A stretch of 64,000 bases of DNA from sequence record MN871451.1, one strand, 5' to 3'. Position numbers and translations under genes: made by a program. How positions within the stretch are numbered: the stretch's first letter is position 1; every line of letters starts with the position of its first letter. Under the pieces are notes generated by a model. The model did no database searches. It was not told where the DNA came from and saw only the letters and a program-made list of their open reading frames with translations. Positions 54,132 through 62,538 of the stretch are shown here, piece by piece.

Positions 54132-54752
54132 ATGGCAAGAGCAAAACTATTAATCATTGAAGGACTCGATGGCGCAGGGAAAACAGAAGCGGTCTCATTA
54201 CTCCGACAGGCGTTGAAAGAACGTGGTGAATCTGTCGTGGTGTTTCGTGAGCCTGGCGGCAATGTCCCTGCAGAAAAAATCCGCGAATTAACACAGTCGT
54301 CAGATCGCCCGTCTTCCCCCGCTGCTCGTGCTCTGTTGTTCGTCTCGGCACGTAAAGAGATCTTCGACAGTCAAGTTAACTTTGCTCTGGAGGGTGGACA
54401 TACCGTTATTCTTGACCGCTCATGGCCTTCGACTTTCGCCTATAGCCCGAAAGAAGAATGGGATTGGATTTTCAATCTCCACGAAGGATTAGGACTCTTC
54501 GATCACCACCACTCAATCTTTTTCTTGGATATCGATTACGCCACCCACGTTGCTCGGTTAGGGCGCCGCAAAAAAGATGTCATCGAAGAAGAATTGGCGA
54601 CCCAATTTGATTTCTACCGTGACCGTTACTTAACGGTTTTGAATGACCTTGCGCCAGAGGCTAACGGAAAGGTCGCTCTCATTGATGCCACCCGTCCGTT
54701 GTCCGAGGTCTTTCTTCAACTGATGGCAAGTTATGATGAGGTCTATCAATGA
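54132..54752 (+). CDS. tmk: Thymidylate kinase
   Basis: IIEGLDGAGKT (P-loop), FREPGG, VILDRSWPSTFAY. Confidence 0.92.
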   Translation: MARAKLLIIEGLDGAGKTEAVSLLRQALKERGESVVVFREPGGNVPAEKIRELTQSSDRPSSPAARALLFVSARKEIFDSQVNFALEGGHTVILDRSWPSTFAYSPKEEWDWIFNLHEGLGLFDHHHSIFFLDIDYATHVARLGRRKKDVIEEELATQFDFYRDRYLTVLNDLAPEANGKVALIDATRPLSEVFLQLMASYDEVYQ

Positions 54753-55345
54753 CATTAAATGAACTCTTGTCACTCCCTGACGATACCGTCCTGGGTAATT
54801 ACGTTGATAAGGATGGTATCTCGCTTGCGGATCGCGCGCATCTTTTTGCGCCCGCTATTCACCCAGAAACCGCCACCGTGAAAGACCTGCGGGAATACCT
54901 GGACAGTCATCCCGATGACGATAACAAGACAATATGGTTAGAAATGGAAATCGCACCTTTACCGGAACAAGGAAAAGAAGAGCCTGTTAATGACCAAACA
55001 GATAAGACGGTACCCGGTATTCATCCAGAAGTGATTGGTGCGATCGCTAAACCGGATAAATACGAAGTCAGGTCACGGCGTTTGGTTGGTGCTATGTTCG
55101 CAATGGTACTGGCCTTCACTATTTTGATCTTCACCTCAGTAGTGGCCGTGGTGTGTATCGATAGAAAAGAACTCCCCTCGGCGACGTTAGCAGGGATCAT
55201 TATCTTACCGACGATGATGGTGACGTGGTATTACATGGGCATCATTAACCGAGAGCGCCGAGATATCCTTTCGGCAGTGGTAGGCGATAAGATCAACAGC
55301 AGTGTAGTAGCAGACGTTATCACCGCGTTACGTAGCAGACGATAA
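54749..55345 (+). CDS. Membrane protein with two C-terminal TM helices (holin candidate)
   Basis: Soluble acidic N-domain, then LVGAMFAMVLAFTILIFTSVVAVVCI and LAGIIILPTMMVTWYYMGII, then a basic tail. ATGA overlap with tmk. Confidence 0.55.
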   Translation: MTLNELLSLPDDTVLGNYVDKDGISLADRAHLFAPAIHPETATVKDLREYLDSHPDDDNKTIWLEMEIAPLPEQGKEEPVNDQTDKTVPGIHPEVIGAIAKPDKYEVRSRRLVGAMFAMVLAFTILIFTSVVAVVCIDRKELPSATLAGIIILPTMMVTWYYMGIINRERRDILSAVVGDKINSSVVADVITALRSRR

Positions 55346-55351
55346 AATATA

Positions 55352-55389
55352 AAAGGTAGAGGGTCAAACCCTCTACCTTTATTTTATTT
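55352..55389. terminator. Bidirectional terminator
   Basis: AAAGGTAGAGGGT-caa-ACCCTCTACCTTT with A-rich and T-rich flanks, between convergent genes. Confidence 0.85.
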
Positions 55390-55983
55390 TGTCTTACCAT
55401 CAAGTTGGCCGGCGTTAAGGTAAACTTCCACGAGTTCCTGGTATTTTACAAACGCCCCTTTATACTGAACGATGACCTGCTGCGCAGCGTTTAATCGCAC
55501 GGCGCATTGATCTGCTCTAAAGGCTTCCCCTTTAAGAAATTGCACATTCTCAGCTGGAAGTTTGGCGTAATAGGTTCCATCACTTCCTCCCGAACTTCCG
55601 GGAGTTTGACTTCCGGTACCTTGAGCGTTACCGATGTGTTTTTGGTCGGTACGTACTCTTTCGACGCGCAACCACACATCACCAATACCATCAAGCTTAG
55701 ACTGAGTATTTTTAATCGCTTTTTGTTGTTCATCGAATTTACCATTGATTGAAGACAAGTTATTATCCAATTCGTTTTGTAACACGCCCATGTGCTCATC
55801 AAGCGACTGTTGCAAATTCTTTTGGATGGTTTGCGTCATTTGGTTCGTGACGTCGGCGATTGTTTCAGTGATCTTTTTCTGTGCGTATTCCCCGGCTTTA
55901 AATACACCGTAGATAAAGAGCAAAATAGAGAGAATGACCAGAAGCCACCTAACTAACTTGTTGTTGAAAAATGAAGTCCACAT
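55384..55983 (-). CDS. i-spanin (Rz-like inner-membrane spanin subunit)
   Basis: N-terminal TM LVRWLLVILSILLFIYGVF, periplasmic coiled coil, Gly/Ser linker, and Rz-type C-terminal helix GEAFRADQCAVRLNAAQQ. SD AAGGTGG. Confidence 0.8.
   Translation of the reverse strand: MWTSFFNNKLVRWLLVILSILLFIYGVFKAGEYAQKKITETIADVTNQMTQTIQKNLQQSLDEHMGVLQNELDNNLSSINGKFDEQQKAIKNTQSKLDGIGDVWLRVERVRTDQKHIGNAQGTGSQTPGSSGGSDGTYYAKLPAENVQFLKGEAFRADQCAVRLNAAQQVIVQYKGAFVKYQELVEVYLNAGQLDGKTK
55491..55733 (-). CDS. o-spanin (Rz1-like outer-membrane lipoprotein) embedded in the +1 frame of the i-spanin
   Basis: From ATG 55733: MNNKKRLKILSLSLMVLVMCG-C(22)ASKEYVPT..., a basic n-region, hydrophobic h-region, lipobox-like MCG-C, Ala at +2, and a Pro-rich mature part with two further Cys. 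80 aa. Confidence 0.8.
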   Translation of the reverse strand: MNNKKRLKILSLSLMVLVMCGCASKEYVPTKNTSVTLKVPEVKLPEVREEVMEPITPNFQLRMCNFLKGKPLEQINAPCD

Positions 55984-55985
55984 AC

Positions 55986-57230
55986 TCAGGCCACCTTTTT
56001 AATCAAGAGAAACCGCGCTTCAGAAGAGAACGTCGGTCTATACCCGTAACGTTGGTTCTGAACCAATTGACGTTCATTCATCGGAATAGTTTCGTAAAAC
56101 CAACGACTGACCAACGAATGCGGGAGACGAAGTGCATAGAACCCATCTTGTTTCCACAAGGTATACTCCGCCAGATACCCGTTACCGATCTGTGCCGGAA
56201 GGTCAGGTAAAGTCTCGCCCGGTGAGAGATAAGTCCCGTCAATCAATGTCCGTTTCAAACTGAGGTATTCTTTCTCGAGGTTCACGCTGTCGATCACCAC
56301 CAGGAAAGAATAAACCGAAGTCATAAACGCTTTGATCACTGCGTCAGCGATGAACTGATTTGCAACCACCTGTTCTGTTTCATTCTCATCTTTAGAAAGC
56401 GGAATGTCACTGTAGTCCAAATATTGGTGCGTTTCAAAAAAGTGGTTGATCAGGTTGATATTCTGCATATGGACTTGGATACGGGTTTCCCCAGTAACAG
56501 AGACTTCTTTATCGAGAAGATACAGTTTCCCCGCTACTACCAGACCAACGGTTTTCCCGGTCAGCGCCACCGGAGAACGTAAGTAAAACCCTTTAGCTAA
56601 TGGTAACGCTTCCCCACCGCCCTGAATCATACTCGCCGAAATAGGGTAAGTCTCTACTTTCCCAATTGAACTAAAATCCAGAATCCCTACACGTAAGTCG
56701 TTAAACTTGGACGCAAACTTACCAGCGTGGTTCAGTGTAATCCCTTCGCCATCAATCGGCCATGCTCGGAAACAGAGTCCGTTGACTGTCCAAAGAGATT
56801 GGTCAACAATGGTACTGTAATCGGTAATCCCGTCCCGTTGCACCAGAAGGTCAATACGTTGATCTGGTAACAGGTTTTCGTCGGTACTGAAATTAGCGTT
56901 AGTCCCTTTAAAGGTGAACTTGTACGCCATTGCATTCAGAAAGCGAACGTAACTGTCACCGCGTTGACCACGAGGGTCGTCTTCCACCAAAGTCAGACCA
57001 GATGCTAATTCAAGGTATTGATTTAACGTGGCGACAGAATCGCGCACCGACACCGGGAGACTATAGAGATCCAGCCACCCGTTCTTCTCGTTAGTCGCGT
57101 CGAAGAGGTAAACCAGAACATTGCTGTACAAAGTGAAGATGGTAATCAGTCGTACTTCACCCAGTGCCTTTTCTTCCCAATCATTAAAACTGCCTTTCGT
57201 TCGTGTTTGTGCCTGAATAAGCTGATACAT
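55986..57230 (-). CDS. Virion structural protein, probably tail-associated
   Basis: Start placed at ATG 57230 (MYQLIQ) after AAAGGA. Beta-rich, with LWTVNGLCF and GLVVAGKLY repeats-like strands. Divergent from the tail-fibre genes. Confidence 0.6.
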   Translation of the reverse strand: MYQLIQAQTRTKGSFNDWEEKALGEVRLITIFTLYSNVLVYLFDATNEKNGWLDLYSLPVSVRDSVATLNQYLELASGLTLVEDDPRGQRGDSYVRFLNAMAYKFTFKGTNANFSTDENLLPDQRIDLLVQRDGITDYSTIVDQSLWTVNGLCFRAWPIDGEGITLNHAGKFASKFNDLRVGILDFSSIGKVETYPISASMIQGGGEALPLAKGFYLRSPVALTGKTVGLVVAGKLYLLDKEVSVTGETRIQVHMQNINLINHFFETHQYLDYSDIPLSKDENETEQVVANQFIADAVIKAFMTSVYSFLVVIDSVNLEKEYLSLKRTLIDGTYLSPGETLPDLPAQIGNGYLAEYTLWKQDGFYALRLPHSLVSRWFYETIPMNERQLVQNQRYGYRPTFSSEARFLLIKKVA

Positions 57231-57295
57231 GTCCGGTCCTTTTTGATGAGTATTGGTATGTTGATCCATCGGCCGATGGTACATTGAGGATAATC

Positions 57296-59527
57296 ATGAG
57301 CGACGAAATTGTATTCCCATATGACTTCGATCCTTACCAAGAGAATGAAAGTAACCAGATCTCAGGTGAGGCTCATACGATAACAGCAGCTAACGGAACC
57401 GACTTTAACTTTATTGTCCCGCGTTACGCGCCGTTTTTCCGTCGCGGCTTTGTCTGCCGCAATACGACCACCGGCGTCACCTTACGTCCTGACGTCGATT
57501 ATTTCTTTGGTTTCCGTTTCGACCAAATTACGGTTTCTGGAAGTCAGTTACCGGTCTACGGTGCGATTGTCTTTAACGATAAATCACTCAGCGCCAATAT
57601 CGAAATTGAATACCACACCCTAGGGGGAGAATTCTGTTTAGACGAGAATAAAATTCTCCAGCTCATGGCGAACAAAGCGCAAGACCCGCGTTCCTTGCAA
57701 TGGGGTGCCGTGGTTGATCTCCCAACGGAATTCCCGACTATCGCCCACCGTCATGACGTTGATGACATGACGGGCTTCAGCGAAGTGATTTCTGCGATCT
57801 ATTCGCTTTCTGATGCACAATCTGCCGGCTTTAATAAAGCCATGCAATCTTTGCTAGAACACATTGCCGACCACAACAACCCACACAAAATCACATTGGC
57901 CGATTTGGGTATTGACGATCTGGGTAATCTGGTTCCGGCGAATAAAGAGCAGGCAGAAGGCGGTACAGATAATACGTACTACATGACGTCTTTAAGAACG
58001 TCTCAGCAATTCCAGGCAATTTACTTGCCGTTACTGGAAGCGCACGAGAACGACGACAGTAACCCGCACAAGGTGAATAAAGCCCAAGTTGGGTTAGATC
58101 TGGTACAAAACTACCGTGTTGCGAACACCCTCGAATCTTCGGCAGGGGTAGCGGATAACCTGTACCTGACCCCGTCGGGCGGCAGGATTCTGGCAAACGC
58201 GCTGGTTCCGGGTATCATGGAGTTCCACACCACGAACACTAATAACCCGCATGGCGTCACTAAAGCACAAGTGGGCTTGGGGAATGTCCCTAACTACACC
58301 ACAGCAACGGAAGAAGAAGCGTTAGCGGGTGTGAGTAAAACGACTTTACTGACCCCGTATCTGGCCAACCTGATGTTGACAAACTCAACTGACCAACCGC
58401 TGGCAGCGCACTTACTGGATAAAAATAATCCGCACAGTGTGACCGCGGCGCAAGTCGGGTTAGGTAACGTTCAGAACTACGGAACGGCAACGAACGACCA
58501 AACCGTTTTAGGGACTGCCGCCAACCTCTATACCACTCCAGCGGGAATTGCGTATTGGTGGACCAATGCTGCGAAAATTTATGTCGACCAAGCGATTGAA
58601 CAAGGGACTAACTTAACGGCAGCGGATGTAGGCTTAGGAAACGTGGTTAATGCCGGCTTTGCCTCAAGTGCAGAGAACGCCGCCGGTACCGTCACTCAGA
58701 AATACGTCGATCCCGCAGGTGTGGTGACGGCTATTAAGAACAACGTAATCGTTCGTGATTATTCCTGCCAGCCGAGTTATATCGCTAAACTCACGGCCGG
58801 GTTCCCGGCCGGCGGGCTACTCGATGCGGCGGTAACGCATTCAACGGGGATTAACAAAACGTGGGATGCTACCCTGCGTACGTTGACTTCTCCGTTACAG
58901 GCCGCGGATAAAGTATCGGCATTGTTGATTGCGGCGCCTTCTACTTACTCCCAGAAAGGGTATGTCGATGTGGCGACGGGTACTTCAGTACCTGGGTTTA
59001 TTTTCGGTTACTATCAAGACACTAGCGGTAATGATAATTACGCCGGTATCTTCTTTAAAAACGGTGCGGTCTATCTCGGTACGTATATCGCCGGTACTTG
59101 GACCAAAGGAAGTGACGTTGCAATCGCGGCGTTAACGGGTTCCTCTATTCAGGTTACCTGTACGAAATCCGGGACCAGTATGTCCGTGACCGTAGCCTCT
59201 ACGACCGTCACGGTTGACGTGAGTTCGGTGACCTTCAGTTCATCCGCTTTTGCGAACATGGGTGGGTTTATCGTCAATGGTAAAGATTCGCTGATCTTTA
59301 CGCCTACTACCTTCGGTGGTTTGGTTTATAGTATTGTCGATGTGATCTCTCGTCAAAGTTATAAATATTCCGGTTCCGCTTGGGCGATCGACGAAACCGC
59401 TGACATGACTACGTTGGACACCGATCTGCGCGTAGGACGTACTATTTGTAACTTAGGGTCCAAAGAAGTTTTCATGCCTTTACCCAACAATCAATTTGCG
59501 GTCCTGAATCCACCGACTTCCCTTTAA
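57296..59527 (+). CDS. Tail fibre protein
   Basis: Start placed at ATG 57296 after GAGGA. Four H-x5-NPH-x-(V/I)-...-(Q)VGLG-type repeats plus a partial copy, and a Ser/Thr/Gly-rich beta-sandwich C-terminus. Confidence 0.82.
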   Translation: MSDEIVFPYDFDPYQENESNQISGEAHTITAANGTDFNFIVPRYAPFFRRGFVCRNTTTGVTLRPDVDYFFGFRFDQITVSGSQLPVYGAIVFNDKSLSANIEIEYHTLGGEFCLDENKILQLMANKAQDPRSLQWGAVVDLPTEFPTIAHRHDVDDMTGFSEVISAIYSLSDAQSAGFNKAMQSLLEHIADHNNPHKITLADLGIDDLGNLVPANKEQAEGGTDNTYYMTSLRTSQQFQAIYLPLLEAHENDDSNPHKVNKAQVGLDLVQNYRVANTLESSAGVADNLYLTPSGGRILANALVPGIMEFHTTNTNNPHGVTKAQVGLGNVPNYTTATEEEALAGVSKTTLLTPYLANLMLTNSTDQPLAAHLLDKNNPHSVTAAQVGLGNVQNYGTATNDQTVLGTAANLYTTPAGIAYWWTNAAKIYVDQAIEQGTNLTAADVGLGNVVNAGFASSAENAAGTVTQKYVDPAGVVTAIKNNVIVRDYSCQPSYIAKLTAGFPAGGLLDAAVTHSTGINKTWDATLRTLTSPLQAADKVSALLIAAPSTYSQKGYVDVATGTSVPGFIFGYYQDTSGNDNYAGIFFKNGAVYLGTYIAGTWTKGSDVAIAALTGSSIQVTCTKSGTSMSVTVASTTVTVDVSSVTFSSSAFANMGGFIVNGKDSLIFTPTTFGGLVYSIVDVISRQSYKYSGSAWAIDETADMTTLDTDLRVGRTICNLGSKEVFMPLPNNQFAVLNPPTSL

Positions 59528-59539
59528 GCGAGGTTTAAA

Positions 59540-60895
59540 ATGACAGTAAGTACGGCAGCTTTGAAATACCCGCTTGATCGGACAGGCGCCGCAGCGAGTA
59601 ATAAAATTATCAACGAGGCACGTACGGTAGGGCGCGAAGTTTATCGCGCCATTGCGCCTTACGCTGGCGCATTCTTTACCAAGAGCATGGTTGTGGTCGA
59701 TCAGGCCACGGGCGCAGTGTTGACCCTGAATACCGATTATAAAATCCTTTATCCGTACCAAGAAGCGGAATTGGAAATCGGTAAACCTATTTGTACGATC
59801 GTACAAATTCTCAACGCTAACGTGACCGCAGTCTATCTGACTTACCAATGTGTAGGGGGTCCCTACACCACTGCCCGCGATGTCCTTGTTCAGTTGATCT
59901 CTGATCTACAGCAGGACAACCGTGCGGTGACGTGGGACGCCATTCTCGGTAAACCGATTGAGTTTAACCCGTCTAAACACCTTCACTCCGCGACTGACCT
60001 TTACGGTCTTGAGTACGTGGTGTTGGCCTTAGAAGAATTGGTTCAGGCGGCCTATACCGGTGACGTTTCTTCGCATGATGTTCTTTACAACTACATCGAC
60101 CGTATCAAAGCGTACCTCGACGATAATCTCGATGCCCTGCACCAGACCGATACAGATCTTTACGCAGAAATTGAGCGTTTAGATAATCGGATTGACGGGG
60201 TGATTAACAGCATCAATGGTGTTCAAACGAATTTGACCACGCATATCGACGATGTTAGCAATCCCCATAAAGTTACCAAGGCACAAGTGGGGCTGGGGGC
60301 AGTTGAGAACTATCGTCCCGCGACGCAGGATGAGGCGGAAGCTGGCACAGCACTGAACGTGATTATGACCCCTTTACGCGGGATCCAGCAGATCACTAAG
60401 TACATTGCGACCAACGTCACTCCAACCATAACGAGCCACGTACAAAACACCAGTAACCCGCATAACACCACTGCCGCCCAAGTCGGGTTAGGTAACGTGA
60501 CGAATAATGCGCAGGTAATTCGTGGTGGCGGCACGAACATGTTAACCAACACAATTCGTATTGGGTGGGACGGCACGCAAATTTTAGCGCAGGTTGACAA
60601 CACCTCAATGGGTCGCGTACACACCACGAATCAACCGGATCCGAATATTGCCTCGCACGCGAATAATAAGTCTAACCCTCACAGCGTTACTAAAGCGCAA
60701 GTGGGTTTAGGAAGTGTCCCGAACTGGCGAGAAGCTACCGATCAGGAAAACTATGATGGTAACGCCGGGAGCGTCTTCGCCACGCCGTACAGTATTCGAC
60801 GTTACACAGATGGTTACCGTACGTTCTCTTACAGCACCCCGCCTGGTAGTACATCGGGATATCGTGAAGGCCACATCTGGTATAAACTTTTCTAA
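59540..60895 (+). CDS. Tail fibre protein, paralogue of the upstream gene
   Basis: Shared N-domain (APYAGAFF vs PRYAPFF; YQCVGG vs YHTLGG; VTWDAILGKP vs LQWGAVVDLP), coiled coil, three NPHxVTxAQVGLG repeats. SD GAGG. Confidence 0.82.
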   Translation: MTVSTAALKYPLDRTGAAASNKIINEARTVGREVYRAIAPYAGAFFTKSMVVVDQATGAVLTLNTDYKILYPYQEAELEIGKPICTIVQILNANVTAVYLTYQCVGGPYTTARDVLVQLISDLQQDNRAVTWDAILGKPIEFNPSKHLHSATDLYGLEYVVLALEELVQAAYTGDVSSHDVLYNYIDRIKAYLDDNLDALHQTDTDLYAEIERLDNRIDGVINSINGVQTNLTTHIDDVSNPHKVTKAQVGLGAVENYRPATQDEAEAGTALNVIMTPLRGIQQITKYIATNVTPTITSHVQNTSNPHNTTAAQVGLGNVTNNAQVIRGGGTNMLTNTIRIGWDGTQILAQVDNTSMGRVHTTNQPDPNIASHANNKSNPHSVTKAQVGLGSVPNWREATDQENYDGNAGSVFATPYSIRRYTDGYRTFSYSTPPGSTSGYREGHIWYKLF

Positions 60896-60908
60896 GGGGG
60901 TAGAGTAA

Positions 60909-61439
60909 ATGCGTAGTTACCCTAGATTAGTCAATGGTGGCGGCTGGCGTGGTGTTGATCTTCCGTGGATCGTTAACGGCGGAAGTTGGCATCGTGTTGA
61001 TAATGCCTGGGTAGTTAATGGTGGCGTGTGGCAACCGCTGTGGGATAAGATTGATCTTCCGCAGAGTTTCTGGAACAGCACGCACGAAGGTGGACGAAGC
61101 GGTTCTATCGGCGGGGTTCTTTGGGGTAACTCGGTTTACTCCACGTATTGGGATCTCCCGACAGCGAAACGAGTCGTGGGCGTGGTCATCGATATTACCC
61201 TCGACGGTAACCAGGGTGGTTGGCATGGTTCCGGTGGTAAGTACGGTGCGAACCAAACTCGGCCGGGTGATTGGTCCTGGGATGCCCCGTCGGGTTCCGG
61301 GGTAAAACGTTCCCCTGTTTTACCGTGTTCATTCGCGGCCGGTGAAAGAATCACAGTCTGGGCATACGGCGGTGGATCTGACAAAGGTGACGGAAAGAAC
61401 TTGCGTAACATTACATTAGTGGATGTGATTTACGGTTGA
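60909..61439 (+). CDS. Small Gly/Trp-rich tail-fibre tip/adhesin-like protein
   Basis: Three N-terminal VNGGxW repeats, then a Gly-rich beta domain. Last gene of the fibre operon. Confidence 0.6.
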   Translation: MRSYPRLVNGGGWRGVDLPWIVNGGSWHRVDNAWVVNGGVWQPLWDKIDLPQSFWNSTHEGGRSGSIGGVLWGNSVYSTYWDLPTAKRVVGVVIDITLDGNQGGWHGSGGKYGANQTRPGDWSWDAPSGSGVKRSPVLPCSFAAGERITVWAYGGGSDKGDGKNLRNITLVDVIYG

Positions 61440-61445
61440 CATCAC

Positions 61446-61482
61446 AGACTGGAGGACTTTCGTCCTCCAGTCTCCTTTTATG
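61446..61482. terminator. 12-bp hairpin between convergent genes, followed by TTTTATG
   Basis: AGACTGGAGGAC-tttc-GTCCTCCAGTCT. Confidence 0.8.
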
Positions 61483-62467
61483 CTGTTGGTACCGGTGCTC
61501 CCGATTCGTCGTTACCTCTTTCCACGCCTTTGTGCGGGTGTTTAACCAGACTCACGCCCGCGGCAATAACGTCCACAGTGGTGGTCACAGTACCTTTCAA
61601 CGTTGCATCGTAGTTACTGTCTGTCGTTTCTTGACTGATCGGTCCGTTTAATTGGATAGCGCCGTTCAAGGCAATAATCGGCGCAGTTGTATCAAACCGC
61701 TCCCCGGCAGTCAACGCGATCCTTTTTCCTGCCTCTACTTCCAAATTCTCCGTCGCCTCAATCAGAATATTTTCCGCTTGCATGATGATTTTTTCTTTAC
61801 CAACCAGAATCAAATCCTCTAAGCAAAAGACGCCAATTTTCTTGTCACTCATCTCCACCATTGATCCTGAGCTGTTTCGGGTACGAATAAGCTTCTCTTT
61901 AGTCTCAAGATAAAACTCGTTCCCTTCATCATCACCAAGACTAATCGCACCCCCCGCCCCATTCAAAGTGATATGGTATTTACTGATCTCGCCATTGGCT
62001 TTTGAGGTGGTGATATTGATCGCGCCGGTATGACCGGAGATTTCAATCATGTAATGGGTGTCAGGACTAGGGACACCTGCTTCTCGATTCGCAGAGACCA
62101 ACAGCCGTTTGGTTTCGAGTCGTCTGGCAACCGCACCGTCACCACGTTCACGCCAGTAGTAGGTATTCATGTCTGCGTAACGAATCAGTTCTACTACCTC
62201 GCCACGCTGAACATCAGGGGCAGTACTCCAACTGCTGTCCACTGGTCGCCACTGAGCTTCGATCGCGGTGTCGGTCACCGCAGTAGCTTCAATCTTTTTC
62301 CCCGAAGCATCGACGCTCTCAACAGTAAGTTTCTGTAACTGGCTTTGTACGTCCCCTTGCATCCACGGTGTCTTCTGGTGAGCCCAGACTAAAATGTTGT
62401 TTTGTCCTAGGGGTTTATTCTCGGCAACGATGCCAAACGTCCTCTCGACGATATCGTGGTTGTTCAT
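61478..62467 (-). CDS. Baseplate central spike, P2 gpV / Mu gp45-like
   Basis: N-terminal OB-fold-like region (APDVQRGEVVELI), beta-helix-like repeats, and C-terminal AAGVSLVKHPHKGVERG matching the gpV apex HxH metal-binding motif. Confidence 0.82.
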   Translation of the reverse strand: MNNHDIVERTFGIVAENKPLGQNNILVWAHQKTPWMQGDVQSQLQKLTVESVDASGKKIEATAVTDTAIEAQWRPVDSSWSTAPDVQRGEVVELIRYADMNTYYWRERGDGAVARRLETKRLLVSANREAGVPSPDTHYMIEISGHTGAINITTSKANGEISKYHITLNGAGGAISLGDDEGNEFYLETKEKLIRTRNSSGSMVEMSDKKIGVFCLEDLILVGKEKIIMQAENILIEATENLEVEAGKRIALTAGERFDTTAPIIALNGAIQLNGPISQETTDSNYDATLKGTVTTTVDVIAAGVSLVKHPHKGVERGNDESGAPVPTA

Positions 62468-62538
62468 TAAGTCCCCTTATTATTTTTCACTTTTCCGGCT
62501 ATTGTAATAGAGTCCACTTTTTGTTACGGTACGAATAA

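Noticed and set aside
55491-55802. 103-aa version of the embedded spanin ORF given in the track
   Set aside because: The 23-aa extension would displace the lipoprotein signal. The ATG at 55733 gives a proper signal peptide, so the ORF was kept with that start.
57296-60895. Tail-fibre repeats read as a DGR template/variable pair or an invertible cassette
   Set aside because: Differences between copies are not adenine-specific, and there is no reverse transcriptase, invertase or inverted crossover site in the window.
60880-60911. Possible readthrough or frameshift fusing the fibre to the tip protein
   Set aside because: There is an in-frame TAA immediately before the tip ATG, the frames differ, and the tip gene has its own G-rich SD.
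2081-61473. Intergenic palindromes read as CRISPR repeats, REP elements or mobile-element ends
   Set aside because: The stems share no sequence, are single-copy, and sit at gene ends, which fits transcription signals.
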